Assembly: GCF_964355755.1 (NCBI RefSeq)
Contig: NC_092675.1
Location: forward strand, 19,750,912 to 19,814,911
Direction: 5' to 3'
Length of the DNA: 64,000 nt
Origin: Antedon mediterranea
Lineage: Eukaryota; Animalia; Echinodermata
Of the stretch, positions 39,401 to 61,853 are shown one piece after another. Below the pieces are notes generated by a model, which saw nothing but the letters and a program-made list of their open reading frames with translations, was not told where the DNA came from and ran no database searches. Every line of letters starts with the position of its first letter. The stretch's first letter is position 1. Position numbers and translations under genes: made by a program.

Positions 39401-41114
39401 CTTCTGTTTCATTTGCTTGTTTTGTCGTATCGTGTATATAACATCGTTAAATTCGTTTCTTTTCCGTTCAATCTGGTTGTATAAGTCAATTTGTTTGTCA
39501 TCCAAAAGCATCACGTGACCATTAACAAGAAATGCCCTTGTATTATCATCTTCACTCACTACAAACAAGAAAAGTTGATTGCTATTGCGATATTTCTGGT
39601 TTTTTTTATAGAATTATAATTAATTAATTATTGAATCGAAACAAAGACATATATGGTAATATATGGCTGATTGATCGAGTGAATAAAATATGTTTATTAC
39701 CAGAAACAATTATAGTTTCATTTCTGAACTTACATAAATCTGCGTATGCTAATCCTTGACGGTGTACTTTTTTAGCCGCATACAGCGAGTCTTCTAGAAA
39801 ACCTGCTTCTCCGTCTAGTCGATCTGGTAACGAGATGGACTTCGGGATCACACATCTTTTTTCTTCGAAACTGTTAGTTAATGAAATTGAAGCGATAGAT
39901 TTAATTAACTTAATTGTTTTCAAGTTCTGATGGAAGTTAACTTAACCAAAGAGGCCAATTGATCGTAAATGTGGTGGGCAATATGTGCCTTTGGATATCA
40001 ATTGACCCAGCCTACCTGAGCTATTTGGTTTTGCCCGGATGGTGTCTATGGGGCAATATGGTTCAATAGGAGGTTTTAGCATGGGACATTGGTCTGGTGG
40101 AGGTCTCATGGACTTGTCAAATGGGTAGCATGAACAAGCAGAATACTTAAATATGGATTACATAATTCGAATATGATGCCTAGCGTGAAGAATCCAAAGT
40201 AAAAGAAGTTTGAACAACAGAAGCACATCTTACGTTAAATATCCTTCCATTTCTTCCAACATATGCAGTGCAGTTGTTGAGGCCATAGGTAGAGCTTGTG
40301 CATGTCCATGTCGCATTGTCAGAACGTTGAATAATCCAAACAGATTTCCTACGCTGAAGAGCACCTCGTTTCTATCCCTTGATAATGGTTGATTGTGACT
40401 GGACTCGAGTCGAGTAGTGCTAGTAGACATCCATAATTTATTCCATGTAGGCTCTGCAGTTGTACGACTTATATGGTTACTATTTTCTAAAGATGTATTT
40501 CTACTCTCAGTGCCATGAATTGTATTCTTAGCCTCTTGCTCCTGATGTGTTAATGATGAACTCTGGTCTTCAGTCAAATTGATATCTAGTTTCTGATATC
40601 CGATGTTTAAGCCTTGTGTGGAATCTCTTTTTGTCATAATTCCACCCATATCAGTTTCAAATCGATCATCAGGAGAGACTACAGTATTTTGTTTTTTTGT
40701 ATTCCGGCGATTAGTCTTTATATCTTGAATAATTGATAACCATTCCTGCCAAATACTTTCCGTATCACTTCTTTCTGCCAGTTCAAGGAGCCACGACTTA
40801 CCATTTTTTAGTTTTAGCTTTAACACTTTTCCATAAAAGGTTGAATCGAAGTGTGTCTTTGTAGATGGTGACAGTTTAACATATTTATTCGGAAACCAAT
40901 GTAACAATTCAATATAATCAAAATCAGAATCAGAAGTGTAATTGAAATTATCAGCAGTGTATCTTGCGATAATGATTCCAGATTCGCTAACTCCTACTCG
41001 AACCATTTCGATCGGCTCTCCGTCCATCTTTTCCATGACAAACTTACTTTCAACAAGTAATTTTTCGGCTAGACAAACATATTGTTTTTCCCACAGAAGA
41101 CTTTGAAGGTCCAT
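36483..41114 (-). CDS. RasGEF (CDC25-domain) protein with an N-terminal GARIN/FAM71 (DUF3699)-like domain, 858 aa, 8 exons
   Basis: Exons 41114-40234, 39870-39734, 39558-39384, 39164-39130, 38921-38629, 38458-38330, 37621-37488, 37275-36483. Intron phases 2,1,2,1,0,0,2 are all compatible; 2577 nt, open frame. CDC25 motifs: DPADIAKELTLID..W.K; LNNYHSLRTCLAALQIIPIYRLYGTW; CIPFIGTILQD; ELYRQSRVL. Confidence 0.85.
37756..38159. mobile_element. 404-bp PIF/Harbinger-type MITE in intron 6 of the RasGEF gene
   Basis: About 55-bp TIRs (agcccggcgcacactagagct.. / ..agctctagtgtgcgccgggct) flanked by TTA on both sides. Internal echoes of 'ggcgcacact' are present. Confidence 0.92.
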
Positions 41115-41338
41115 TTCAGAACTCACTGTGACTATGACTTCTCACTTAATATAATCTGATTTCAGCCGAAGACCTTTTAATACGGCAAGGCTACATACAT
41201 TTCGGTCGAATCGCTACCACGTGAATGTATTTGAAAAGGCCGCGTGGCAATTTACGCACAGGATATTATCTAAACGGCGTATTTTCGAAGACGCACAAGT
41301 ACGCGCATTACACGTCGTCATTTTTACATTACGTCTTC

Positions 41339-41557
41339 GGCCTTGTTTCCGCAGCCATAGCACAAATTATCGGTTAATTTTTAACCAATAGCATAAATTA
41401 TAAAGTGCGCATCATCAGACATTAACGAACAACCAAATGTCCAATCACAACACATCGATTTATCCTTCAGGTCAAAGGTTAAAAATGGTTGCATGCATAT
41501 GAGATCAATCATGGAGGTATAAAAATACCTCCATGGATCGATTAATTTTTGGCTGGC
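41339..41557. mobile_element. Diverged, inverted, one-end-damaged relative of the 243-bp MITE
   Basis: Begins ggccttgtttccgcagcca, contains tcaggtcaaaggttaaaaa (reverse complement of the 7395-7412 segment), and ends atcgattaatttttggctg. Confidence 0.7.
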
Positions 41558-41772
41558 GTATATAATTATATAATTTTGAAACTCTAGTGTTTTGGAAGAT
41601 GTTCTAGGCAATAGCGCAGTGATTTTTTTTTTTAAGTGGCCAAATACCGACTGTTTCAAATAATGTAGTTAGATAACATATTATGTAATTCAGCGTCATT
41701 ATTTAAAAAATATACAAAAACTTCAAAAGATTGCCAAATGTCAACTGTTTAAAATACAGTATGTATTGGGGT

Positions 41773-44700
41773 AACATGCGCAGACTATTATTTTTGCAAA
41801 ATCACCCAAATTTATCGAAAAATAAAAAGGTCAAAAATTGGCAATTTTTTGAACAAAATCCCTGTACTATATATAGTATAGGGAAATTTTTGAAAAATGG
41901 CCGATTTTCGACCCTTTTATTTTTTGACATAAATGGTTACTATTGCATAATAAACATGCGCAGAGACTAATAATGGGTTCTGCGCATGTCAATTGTGCTG
42001 TAACCAGTTTTGACATTTAATGGTTACTATAGCATAATAAACATTCGCAGAGTCGACTAATGGGTTTTGCGCATGTTAATTGTGCTATAGTAACCAGTTT
42101 TATCGAAAAATAAAAAGGTCGAAAATTGGCCATTATTTGAAAAATCCCTGTACTAAAGTACAGGGAAATTTTCGAAAAATAGCCGATTTTCAACCCTTTT
42201 ATTTTTTGACATAAATGGTTACTATTGCATAATAAACATGCGCAGAGACGAATAATGGGTTCTGCGCATGTCAATTGTGCTATAGTAAACAGTTTTGACA
42301 TAAATGGTTACTATAGCATAATAAACATGCGCAGAAACGAATAATGGGTTCTGCGCATGTCAATTGTGCTATAGTAACCAGTTTTATCGAAAAATAAAAA
42401 GGTCGAAAATTGGCAATTTTTTTGAAAAAATCCCTGTACTATATAGTAAAGGGAAATATTCGAAAAATGGCCGATTTTCAACGCTTTTATTTTTTGACAT
42501 AAAGGGTTACTATTGCATAATAAACATGCACAGAGACGAATAATGGGTTCTGCGCATGTCAATTGTGCTATAGTAACCAGTTTTGACATAAATGGTTACT
42601 ATAGCATAATAAACATGCGCAGAGTCGACTAATGGGTTCTGCGCATGTTAATTGTGCTATAGTAACCAGTTTTATCGAAAAATAAAAAGGTCAAAAATTG
42701 GCCATTTTTGGAAAAAATCCCTGTACTAGTACAGGGAAATATTCAAAAAATGGCCGATTTTCGACCTTTTTATTTTTTGGCATAATTGGTTACTACGAAT
42801 ACGAATACGAATAGAACTTTATTGCAATCAAACGAAAGATTGAAGTTTAACAGAAGCGTTTCACTCAGAACAATAAAATGCAATATAAAAATATAAAAGA
42901 CATTTAGAAAGGTAGAACATACAATCAAAATATTAAAACAAAATTACAATTAAATATCACTTATTATAAAAACAATAAATATATATTCAAAATGTTAAAA
43001 ACACGTTTAACTGAAAACATCAGAATATAGATATAGGCCTGCATTATAAAAATTTAAAAGTTTTAAAAATTTTTACAAATTTAAAAAATGTTAAAAACTA
43101 CAAAAATTGTCAATAATATTTACACACAATGGTACGGAAGGTCACGGAAACATAACACTAAATGTTTACCATTTTTGGAATAGACCGGGATTAATAATAA
43201 ACGTTTTTGAACGGTTAGTTTTAACTCTAGGGATACAGAACTCACGGAGTGTTCTAACATTATAAGCAGCAGAAGGAGCCTCCGGTAACAAATGATTCAG
43301 TCTGTGACTGGGGTCTTTGATTTTAACGAAAAAATCCTTGCACAGTCGAACACGGCGGTCTTCTAAGGTAGAAAAAACAAGGAAGCTGCGGGCATCGGAA
43401 TAAGTAGCATGCGGAAAAATACATTTAAAGGCCCTTCTCTGAATTTGTTCAAGTTGTTGACTCTGTTACTTCGTAATATTTGATCCCCAAACTGGGGCCG
43501 CATATTCTAATATTGGTCTAATGATACTAGTATAAAATTGGACAAGTGCGGGGGCATCTAGGCCTGCCCTCCGCACCTGTTTGAGAAAGTACATTCTAGA
43601 ATTACATTTACTAATCATTTTGTCAATATGAGGTTGCCATGACAAATTATGAGAAATAATTACACCAAGGAGTTTAAATTCGCCAACACGTTCCAGATTA
43701 CAATCTCCAACATGAAGTGGCTCAAAAGCAGTCTTTGACCTTTTACAACTAATTCTCATCTCTTTCGTTTTCTTAATATTAAGGGACATATTGTTATCCT
43801 TAGCCCACTGGACAATTTTGTCAAGAGTGGTTTGGAGTACAGTTGTCCCATCTTTGCCGACGCGTTCATGGATGGAGGTGTCGTCCATGTATTTCATGCA
43901 CGGCACCCCATCCAGAAGATCGTCGACAAAGATAATAAACAACATGGGCCCCAACCAGGATCCCTGGGGGATACCGCCCTTAACGACTGCCCAAGGGGAC
44001 AATTCATCGCCTAGTTTAACACGTTGTTTTCTATCACATAGAAAAGCATAGATCCAAGAGATTAGATGGTCTTCGACCCCTAAATTATACAACTTATCAA
44101 TTAATATATTATGGTCAATTAAATCATAAGCCTTTTTGAAATCAAGCAATAATAATCTCATTTCATCTCCTTGGTCAGTAGCAGTAAAGCATTCGGTTAA
44201 CAAATTTATAAGAGCGTCAGTGGTAGACACACTCTTAGAGCAACCAAATTGATTGAACTTGACTTTATCTTTAATTTGGACCCAAATCCCTTCAATAACT
44301 TTCATGGTGGTGGAAGTCAGCGAAATAGGACGCAAGTCATTCTCAAGAACCTTAGGTGGGTTAACCTTTGGAATGGGGATTATATCAGCTGACTTCCAAA
44401 GCATGGGGAGAACCCCTTCCCTTAAACTGGAGTTAACTATTGCACTTATTGGTTTGGAAAGGATATTGGCAAAATCACGTAGTACCCACGGAGGGATTCC
44501 GTCCGGGCCTGGGGCTTTATTACATTTTACAAATTTAAGCTTAGACTCAATTGTCTCTGGCGTGATAATTAAATGGGGTGGAACTACAATGTTACTATCA
44601 TTGGTTTTTGGTTCAAGGGGTTTGAACTCAGAAGTAAGGGACTGGAAAAAACCACTAACTTTCGTGGTAAGATCGTATAGGTTACCTTTACATAAGTCAT

Positions 44701-46080
44701 TAGCCATAGTTTTAAAGTACTTAGTACCCTTGCCGAGATTAAGAAATTGTTTAATACCCCTCCACCAAGATTTAGAATCGGACGAGAATAACTGGGCAAT
44801 ACTATTACGATAAAAATCACCTCTCAAAGATTTAGCCATTCGGTTAGATAAATTCTAAGTTTCTTATATTCGGCAGACATGGGGTCAATTGCAAAAGCTA
44901 TTGCATAATAAACATGCGCAGAGACTAATAATGGGTTCTGCGCATGTCAATTGTGCTATAGTAACCAGTTTTGACATAAATGGTTACTATAGCATAATAA
45001 ACATGCGCAGAGTCGACTAATGGGTTCTGCGCATGTTAATTGTGCTATAGTAACCAGTTTCATCGAAAAATAAAAAGGTCGAAAATTGGCCATTTTTGGA
45101 AAAAATCCCTGTACTAAAGTACAGGTAAATTTTCGAAAAATAGCCGATTTCCAACCCTTTTATTTGTTGACATAAATGGTTACTATAGCATAATAAACAT
45201 GCGCAGAGACGAATAATGGGTTCTGCGCATGTCAATTGTGCTATAGTAACCAGTTTTGACATAAATGGTTAGTATAGCATAATAAACATGCGCAGAGACG
45301 AATAATGGGTTCAGTGCATGTCAATTGTGCTATAGTAACCAGTTTTGACATAAATGGTTAATATAGCGTAACAAACATGCGCAGAGTCGACTAATGGGTT
45401 CTGCGCATGTTAATTGTGCTATAGTAACCAGTTTTATCGAAAAATAAAAAGGTCGAAAATTGGCAATTTTTTGAAAAAATCCCTGTACAGGTAAATTTTC
45501 GAAAAATAGCCGATTTCCAACCCTTTTATTTGTTGACATAAATGGTTACTATAGCATAATAAACATGCGCAGAGACGAATAATGGGTTCTGCGCATGTCA
45601 ATTGTGCTATAGTAACCAGTTTTGACATAAATGGTTAGTATAGCATAATAAACATGCGCAGAGACGAATAATGGGTTCAGTGCATGTCAATTGTGCTATA
45701 GTAACCAGTTTTGACATAAATGGTTAATATAGCATAACAAACATGCGCAGAGTCGAATAATGGGTTCTGCGCATGTCAATTGTGCTATAGTAACCAGTTT
45801 TATCGAAAAATAAAAAGGTCGAAAATTGGCAATTTTTGGAAAAAATCCCTGTACAGTGAAATATTCGAAAAATGGCCGATTTTCGACCCTTTTATTTTTT
45901 GACATAAATGGTTACTATTGCATAATAAACATGCGCAGAGACTAATAATGCGTTCTGCGTAGGTCAATTGTGCTATAGTAACCAGTTTTGACATAAATGG
46001 TTACTATAGCATAATAAACATGCGCAGAGACGAATAATGGGTTCTGCGCATGTCAATTGTGCTATAGTAACCCTGTACTA
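41773..46080. repeat. Higher-order satellite of palindromic subunits (A about 89 bp, B about 100-115 bp; AAB and AAAB periods about 290 and 366 bp), split by a LINE
   Basis: Subunit A: ggttactatagcataataaacatgcgcaga..tctgcgcatgtcaattgtgctatagtaacc. Subunit B: aaaaataaaaaggtcgaaaattggcc..ccctgtac..gtacaggg..ggccgattttcgaccctttt. Repeating shadow ORFs show periods of 294 and 366. Confidence 0.92.
42796..44897 (-). mobile_element. 5'-truncated non-LTR retrotransposon (CR1/L2 group) with reverse transcriptase domain, disrupted
   Basis: ORF 44839-43466 has KAPGPDGIP, LRPISLT, NQFG, LLDFKKAYDLIDH, GIPQGSWLGP and YMDD. A premature TAA at 43466 is followed by more ORF2-like sequence (QSQQLEQIQRRA). 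The 3' end is AATAAA plus a (TATTCG)3 tail. Inserted within satellite 'ggttacta|ttgcat' with a possible 3-bp 'cta' duplication. Confidence 0.93.
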
Positions 46081-46654
46081 TATTTTCGAAGATTGTTTTT
46101 CATGTTTCTTGTATTTTTAATTTAGTTTTAAGTATTAATTTAGGGAGAACATTCAATAATAATATCATTATCATTACGTTGTTCACATAGTCTAGGGTAT
46201 TTAATTCTAAATATTCCAGAAATAACATTAATACTCTAATAATAACTAAACAAGTTTAATTGAGTATTGAATAAAATAATTATTGACAATTATTCGTAGG
46301 GCAGTACCAAATTATTTTATGTTTAAAACAACAACATTACACAGCTTGCTGTGCAATTAACACCATTGTTGTGCACTTGAATGGGTTTCCTATGACATAA
46401 TAGGTGTTTTAACACCATCAATTAAAATATGTCAATTGAGTGAGTCTTTCATGGCATTTGTAGTTGAGTTAGTCTTTGGTGACAATAGTAACACACTGTG
46501 ATTGAGTGGTATTTTGATTTTTAAATTTCATATTTCTAGTTAAAATTTTGAATATCTGAATATACCACAAGGTGTATCATTCCCTAAATAGTCCAAAAAG
46601 CTAAAAAAGTGATTTTTGAAAAATTTGTCAGTTGAGTCGTTCTTTCATGACAGG

Positions 46655-47000
46655 GCAGTATATTAGAGGGATTTTTTGCAAAATCACCTAAATTTCGACA
46701 TTTTTTAAATCCACTTAATATGCACTAATATTGCTCTATGTGCATGTATAATGCTATATCATCATCTTATAGTGTCATGGGACCATTTTATGTCGAAAAA
46801 TAAAAAAAAAATCGAAATTTGGTCATTTTTCTGTACTACAGTATATTAGAGGGAATTTTTGCAAAATCAGCCAACTTTCTACTTTCTTAAAATCCAATTA
46901 ATATGCACTGATATTGCTATATGTGCATGTATAGTACCATATCATTATCTGTCAAGGGACCACTTTATGTCGAAAAATAAAAATGTTGAAATTTGCTTTA
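46655..47000. repeat. Degenerate direct duplication of about 185 bp
   Basis: 'cagtatattagaggga(a)tttttgcaaaatca..aatatgcact..tttatgtcgaaaaataaaaa' occurs at about 46656 and 46840. It shares 'tttttgcaaaatcacc' with the left end of the satellite (about 41790). Confidence 0.6.
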
Positions 47001-50000
47001 AATATGTGTCGAGCAGACCACATTGTGTGATTTAAGTTGAAATTTAGCAAAATTTTGACAATTTCCATGTGCTATAATAGTACTAGGATTTTTTCGAAAA
47101 GTGGCTAAATATCGACTGTCTAAAATGTTTAGTGAGGTAACATGCGCAGATTGTATCAACGAAATTATGATAACTTCTCTTATTAAATGACATAACATAA
47201 TGACAAAGTTGAGCGCAATTATGTTTTATTAAATTGATAACTTGTTTATTATCGCACAATATTGAACATATCAATTAAAACCCATATTTGCGAATGAACA
47301 TCAATAAGAATAAAGGGAGAAAATGTAAACACATACATATATTGATTATACACATGTTAAACCTAAGTTCGACTATTTAATATCAAGCAAGAATTATACA
47401 ATTCACACATAAATTATCTGCACATTATAAGTTGAATAATTTAAATAGCGAAACCTTTGATAGCATAAATGCTTGGTATCCAGTATATATTGGAATTTAC
47501 AGTAAGACTTGAATATATTTAACTGGGTTTTTTTTTTCAAATTAAATGCGGTAAGTAAACCGTGATTAGATTAGCCATATCTTATTAATAGTATTAACAA
47601 TGTTGTAGTTCCATGTCAGCATCCAATCAAGCTTTGTTTATTTTGTACGCTCTACATAATGAAACATAAATATCCAGTTTAAACTACTGGTACAAATATT
47701 CAAATAAATGAACAATGCAGTAATATTCACCAAACATTAAAACTATTTTTATTTTTGTATATAATATATTGTTTGTACTATGAAATATGTCCTACACACC
47801 TATTACAATTATTGCATTTTTATCATTTTTATCTATCTTTCAAAATATTTAAAATTGTCAATAATGATTAATAATAATTCATATTTGAATTATTCAAATT
47901 AATGATATAATTATACATAACAACACCTGTCGATAATGTATTAAATATTTAAATTAAATTAATCATTCATCAAATCGTTTCTAGTCGTATAAAAATGCAA
48001 GAAATGTTATCCAATAAAAACAACCAGATTTATATTCTTTAAAATTTAGGTTTAAATATAATTTAGTAATGCACATCAAGAATATTAACATTACACTGTG
48101 TAATTAATGAGTTTTTAAAATGTCCAATATATATATTAGAACTGTTGACTCGATAGATACATTTGTTCAATCTATGTATAATATATTCATATCTAATAAA
48201 TAATTTATAACTTCTCATTCATGAAGTATTTATACTTTAATATTAAACATGTCCAAAATAACTAATTAAAATCAATATGAACACAGACAACATCACTTAT
48301 TAACTAATAATTAATTTAAAACTAATGAATATTGGATTTTAAAATCTCAAATATGATTTGGGAATAAAATTAATCAAACATCCGTTTCACAACAAGGGTC
48401 AAAATGTTATTTTTTGACCGATGTTCCTTTAAAATTGATGCATTTATAAATGAACATTCAAGTGAATGTTCTTATAAACAGATGTCACTGTATATTGTTA
48501 TCACATCTGTAGGTACAAGGAGAAATCAATTTAACCTTATACCAAAATGTCATACTTTATGTTTCAACCGATGAGTGGGGGAAGATTGTTGGTTATATGA
48601 ATAATATTGTTTTTAAAAGTTTGATTCATTTTATACCAAACATATATGTAAATATGGTAGTACTTTTAACATAACAATATCTGAATATCCAGTACAGGTT
48701 TGGGGGAAATTACTACCATAATTCAATCTCCAGATACAAAATTCAAATTTTGATATGTAAATATAATATATGCAGATTAATTTTTAAGAATGGTGATACT
48801 GGTCTATTTCTATTATAACCACATTATTAAACCACATTTATATTATTATGAAGTTTACTGGTAATGTCCAATTGGGATTGGTTCATTATGGGCATTCTAC
48901 AACTTTAGTTCTTTTATCATGACTACTAAAAGATATACTTACTAGAAATAAGAATAAATGACCAAGACATAAGTACCATAGTCAAATATTCAAAAATGTA
49001 ATAATATAATTATACTTTACTTTCATTGCACACACAAATTATTTCTTCATTTATATGTACAACTTGAGGAATGTTGTTTAAAAAAAATAGGAAAGATTTA
49101 ATTACATACACGACACATAAAATACACGTTTAAAGTCTATCATAAGTTTTTGTTTGACTTAAAAATTCATTCTCTTTTGTTAAATACTAAGCATCTAGTT
49201 TACAATCAATAATTCTATTTACAATATAATAATTTGCATATTTCTTTCATAGTCATATCTTAATTGCTATAAGAACCAATGGGAAAAGGGTAAACAAGTC
49301 ACATGATTTCAAGACAGATCACTGATTGGTGGATAAGAAGATCAGTCATGAACAATTTTTGAACATGTATTTACTAGTTAGCATATTAATAAGTTCAATA
49401 GCAAATATTTGGATATATTAGCTGGGGAATATTGCAAATGTTTGAAATATCTGGAAATCAGCAAGTATTTATAATCTATAATGGTAGTTTTTAAAGATAA
49501 TATTGAAGAACTTGTTCTTATTAACCATCAAACCTCTAGTATTATCAACCAGTACATATAAACATCAATTCTATAAAACAATGGGAAATAATAGACAATC
49601 ATAAAAACATCAAAGGATTCACATACTATGATAATTATTAATCACAAATCTCTTACATTTCAATACAAAACAAAATAAAGCAAATTTACTTGTAACATTA
49701 AAAATCTCACATAACATAAATCAAACTTGTTAATACACCAAATGCCAATGATTTGATAAAATAACGGAGAGCTAAATATTTTAATGAGTGAGATAACACA
49801 CTCTTCCCTGCTTAAACTCAAATTAAATTTTAATATATAATTAAGAAAAATTATGATTCAAATTAAGACACTCTTGTAGCACTCAATTAAACAAAGGCCC
49901 CAATTTATCAAGTGTGTAACAAAAATACAAAATATGAATTGAAAATCATTGTACTTATAATGAACACTACAGGAATAGTTTAAACAAATAATATAGTAAC

Positions 50001-50744
50001 ATTCTGATAAATGTCTATTATGCTTTTAGGGAATGCTGTGATAAGTTAATTTTAAGATTTTTAAATTTTAAACATCACAAATACATAGAACAGGGACAAT
50101 AAAAACAAATTTAAAATCTATCAATCATAAAATTGCGTATTTTACCATAAGATCAAAAAATTACACAACTGGAAAAGTTCTACGAATTCATCAATAGTTC
50201 AGGATCAATTGCAAGTTCTTCCTATATATCATAGAAAGATAGATAAAATACTTAAGTACTACAATTAAAATATATAAAAGAGATCAACAAATCCTTGCAT
50301 GCATTTAGTTTGACAAGTAGGCATTCATAATTCTAAAAAATTGTGAGTAAAATACATGATGCGTTCAGTAACAATCTCTTTCAATAATAAAACAATAACT
50401 AAAATAATAATAATGTCAAAACTTTCTTGCATAATACTTTCAATTTTTAATTCTTTGCCAATGGTGTACATACATGCCTTCAGGAATGCAAATAATTGAG
50501 AAATAAATAATCAAATAAATAATTATAAATAACAATAAAATCATATTATAACATCTATTTAGTACTGAAATTAGAATGACAACTACTCACTCAATCGTAA
50601 AATTGTCATTTTTCGTTGAGTTAAATAATTTGTTGTCATGAAATTGCATGTATAGAGAGTTCATTTATTCTCATACAGTTTACAGAGTGAGTAATAATCA
50701 TTAAGCATTCACTTTTACACACTTATATTAATACTTGTAATTGT

Positions 50745-61307
<10,563 letters not shown>

Positions 61308-61844
61308 CTGTAAGTACAGGAAGACAATTGTATAACGAAAATAAATTAAATCAAAATTTTAAACATTCATTTTAAATCCAATGTGAAATATTTAAAAAAA
61401 AATAATAACACTGAAAAATGAATACACAGATAATCTTTATATAAGGATGAAAATCTGCTTATATGCAGAATGTTGATGTTAAATTTTGTACAAATCACTT
61501 TGAATCGCCAAACAGATCAACATCATTTTATTTAGTTTTCCAATGGCTTGGCATTCTCTTTCTGGCTGTTTTACTTCTTAGATTTAAGTTTTTGCCTATT
61601 TTATTTTTATCTCCATTTAGATTTAGTCATTGTATTTTTTTTCAGTAATTTTCCTTTGGATTTATTATAGATTAAATTATATATTTATGTAAAATAGTTT
61701 TAAAATACTGAAAATATAAATAATACAATATAATAATATATAAAAGTAATTACTTTGTAACAGAGACAAATCATTTTGATAATTAAAATATCAATAAAAA
61801 AAATTACAATATAAAATATTCATTTTCTTCAAACCACCACTTAC

Positions 61845-61853
61845 AACATGGCT
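61845..61853 (-). CDS. slo: Candidate 9-nt micro-exon of slo
   Basis: tttttttcag|AGCCATGTT|gtaagt: consensus acceptor and donor, frame-preserving. Confidence 0.45.

Noticed and set aside
41115-41126. GTG start given by the ORF track for the RasGEF gene
   Set aside because: For a eukaryotic gene the first in-frame ATG at 41114 is the more plausible start. An upstream exon cannot be excluded.
43791-44813. Plus-strand ORFs opposite the RT
   Set aside because: Antisense shadows of the LINE ORF2.
42017-45994. Repeated short ORFs 'MSKLVTIAQLTCAEPIIRLCACLL..' as a peptide family
   Set aside because: They are shadow translations of the satellite with variable frames and no splice or signal structure.
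41773-46080. CRISPR-like array of palindromic repeats
   Set aside because: There are no unique spacers, the units are 89-115 bp, no cas genes are present, and the context is eukaryotic. It is a satellite.
47200-50744. Hidden gene or ncRNA in the long AT-rich stretch
   Set aside because: No convincing ORF, repeat or RNA-gene structure was seen. It is most simply slo 3' UTR or intergenic DNA.
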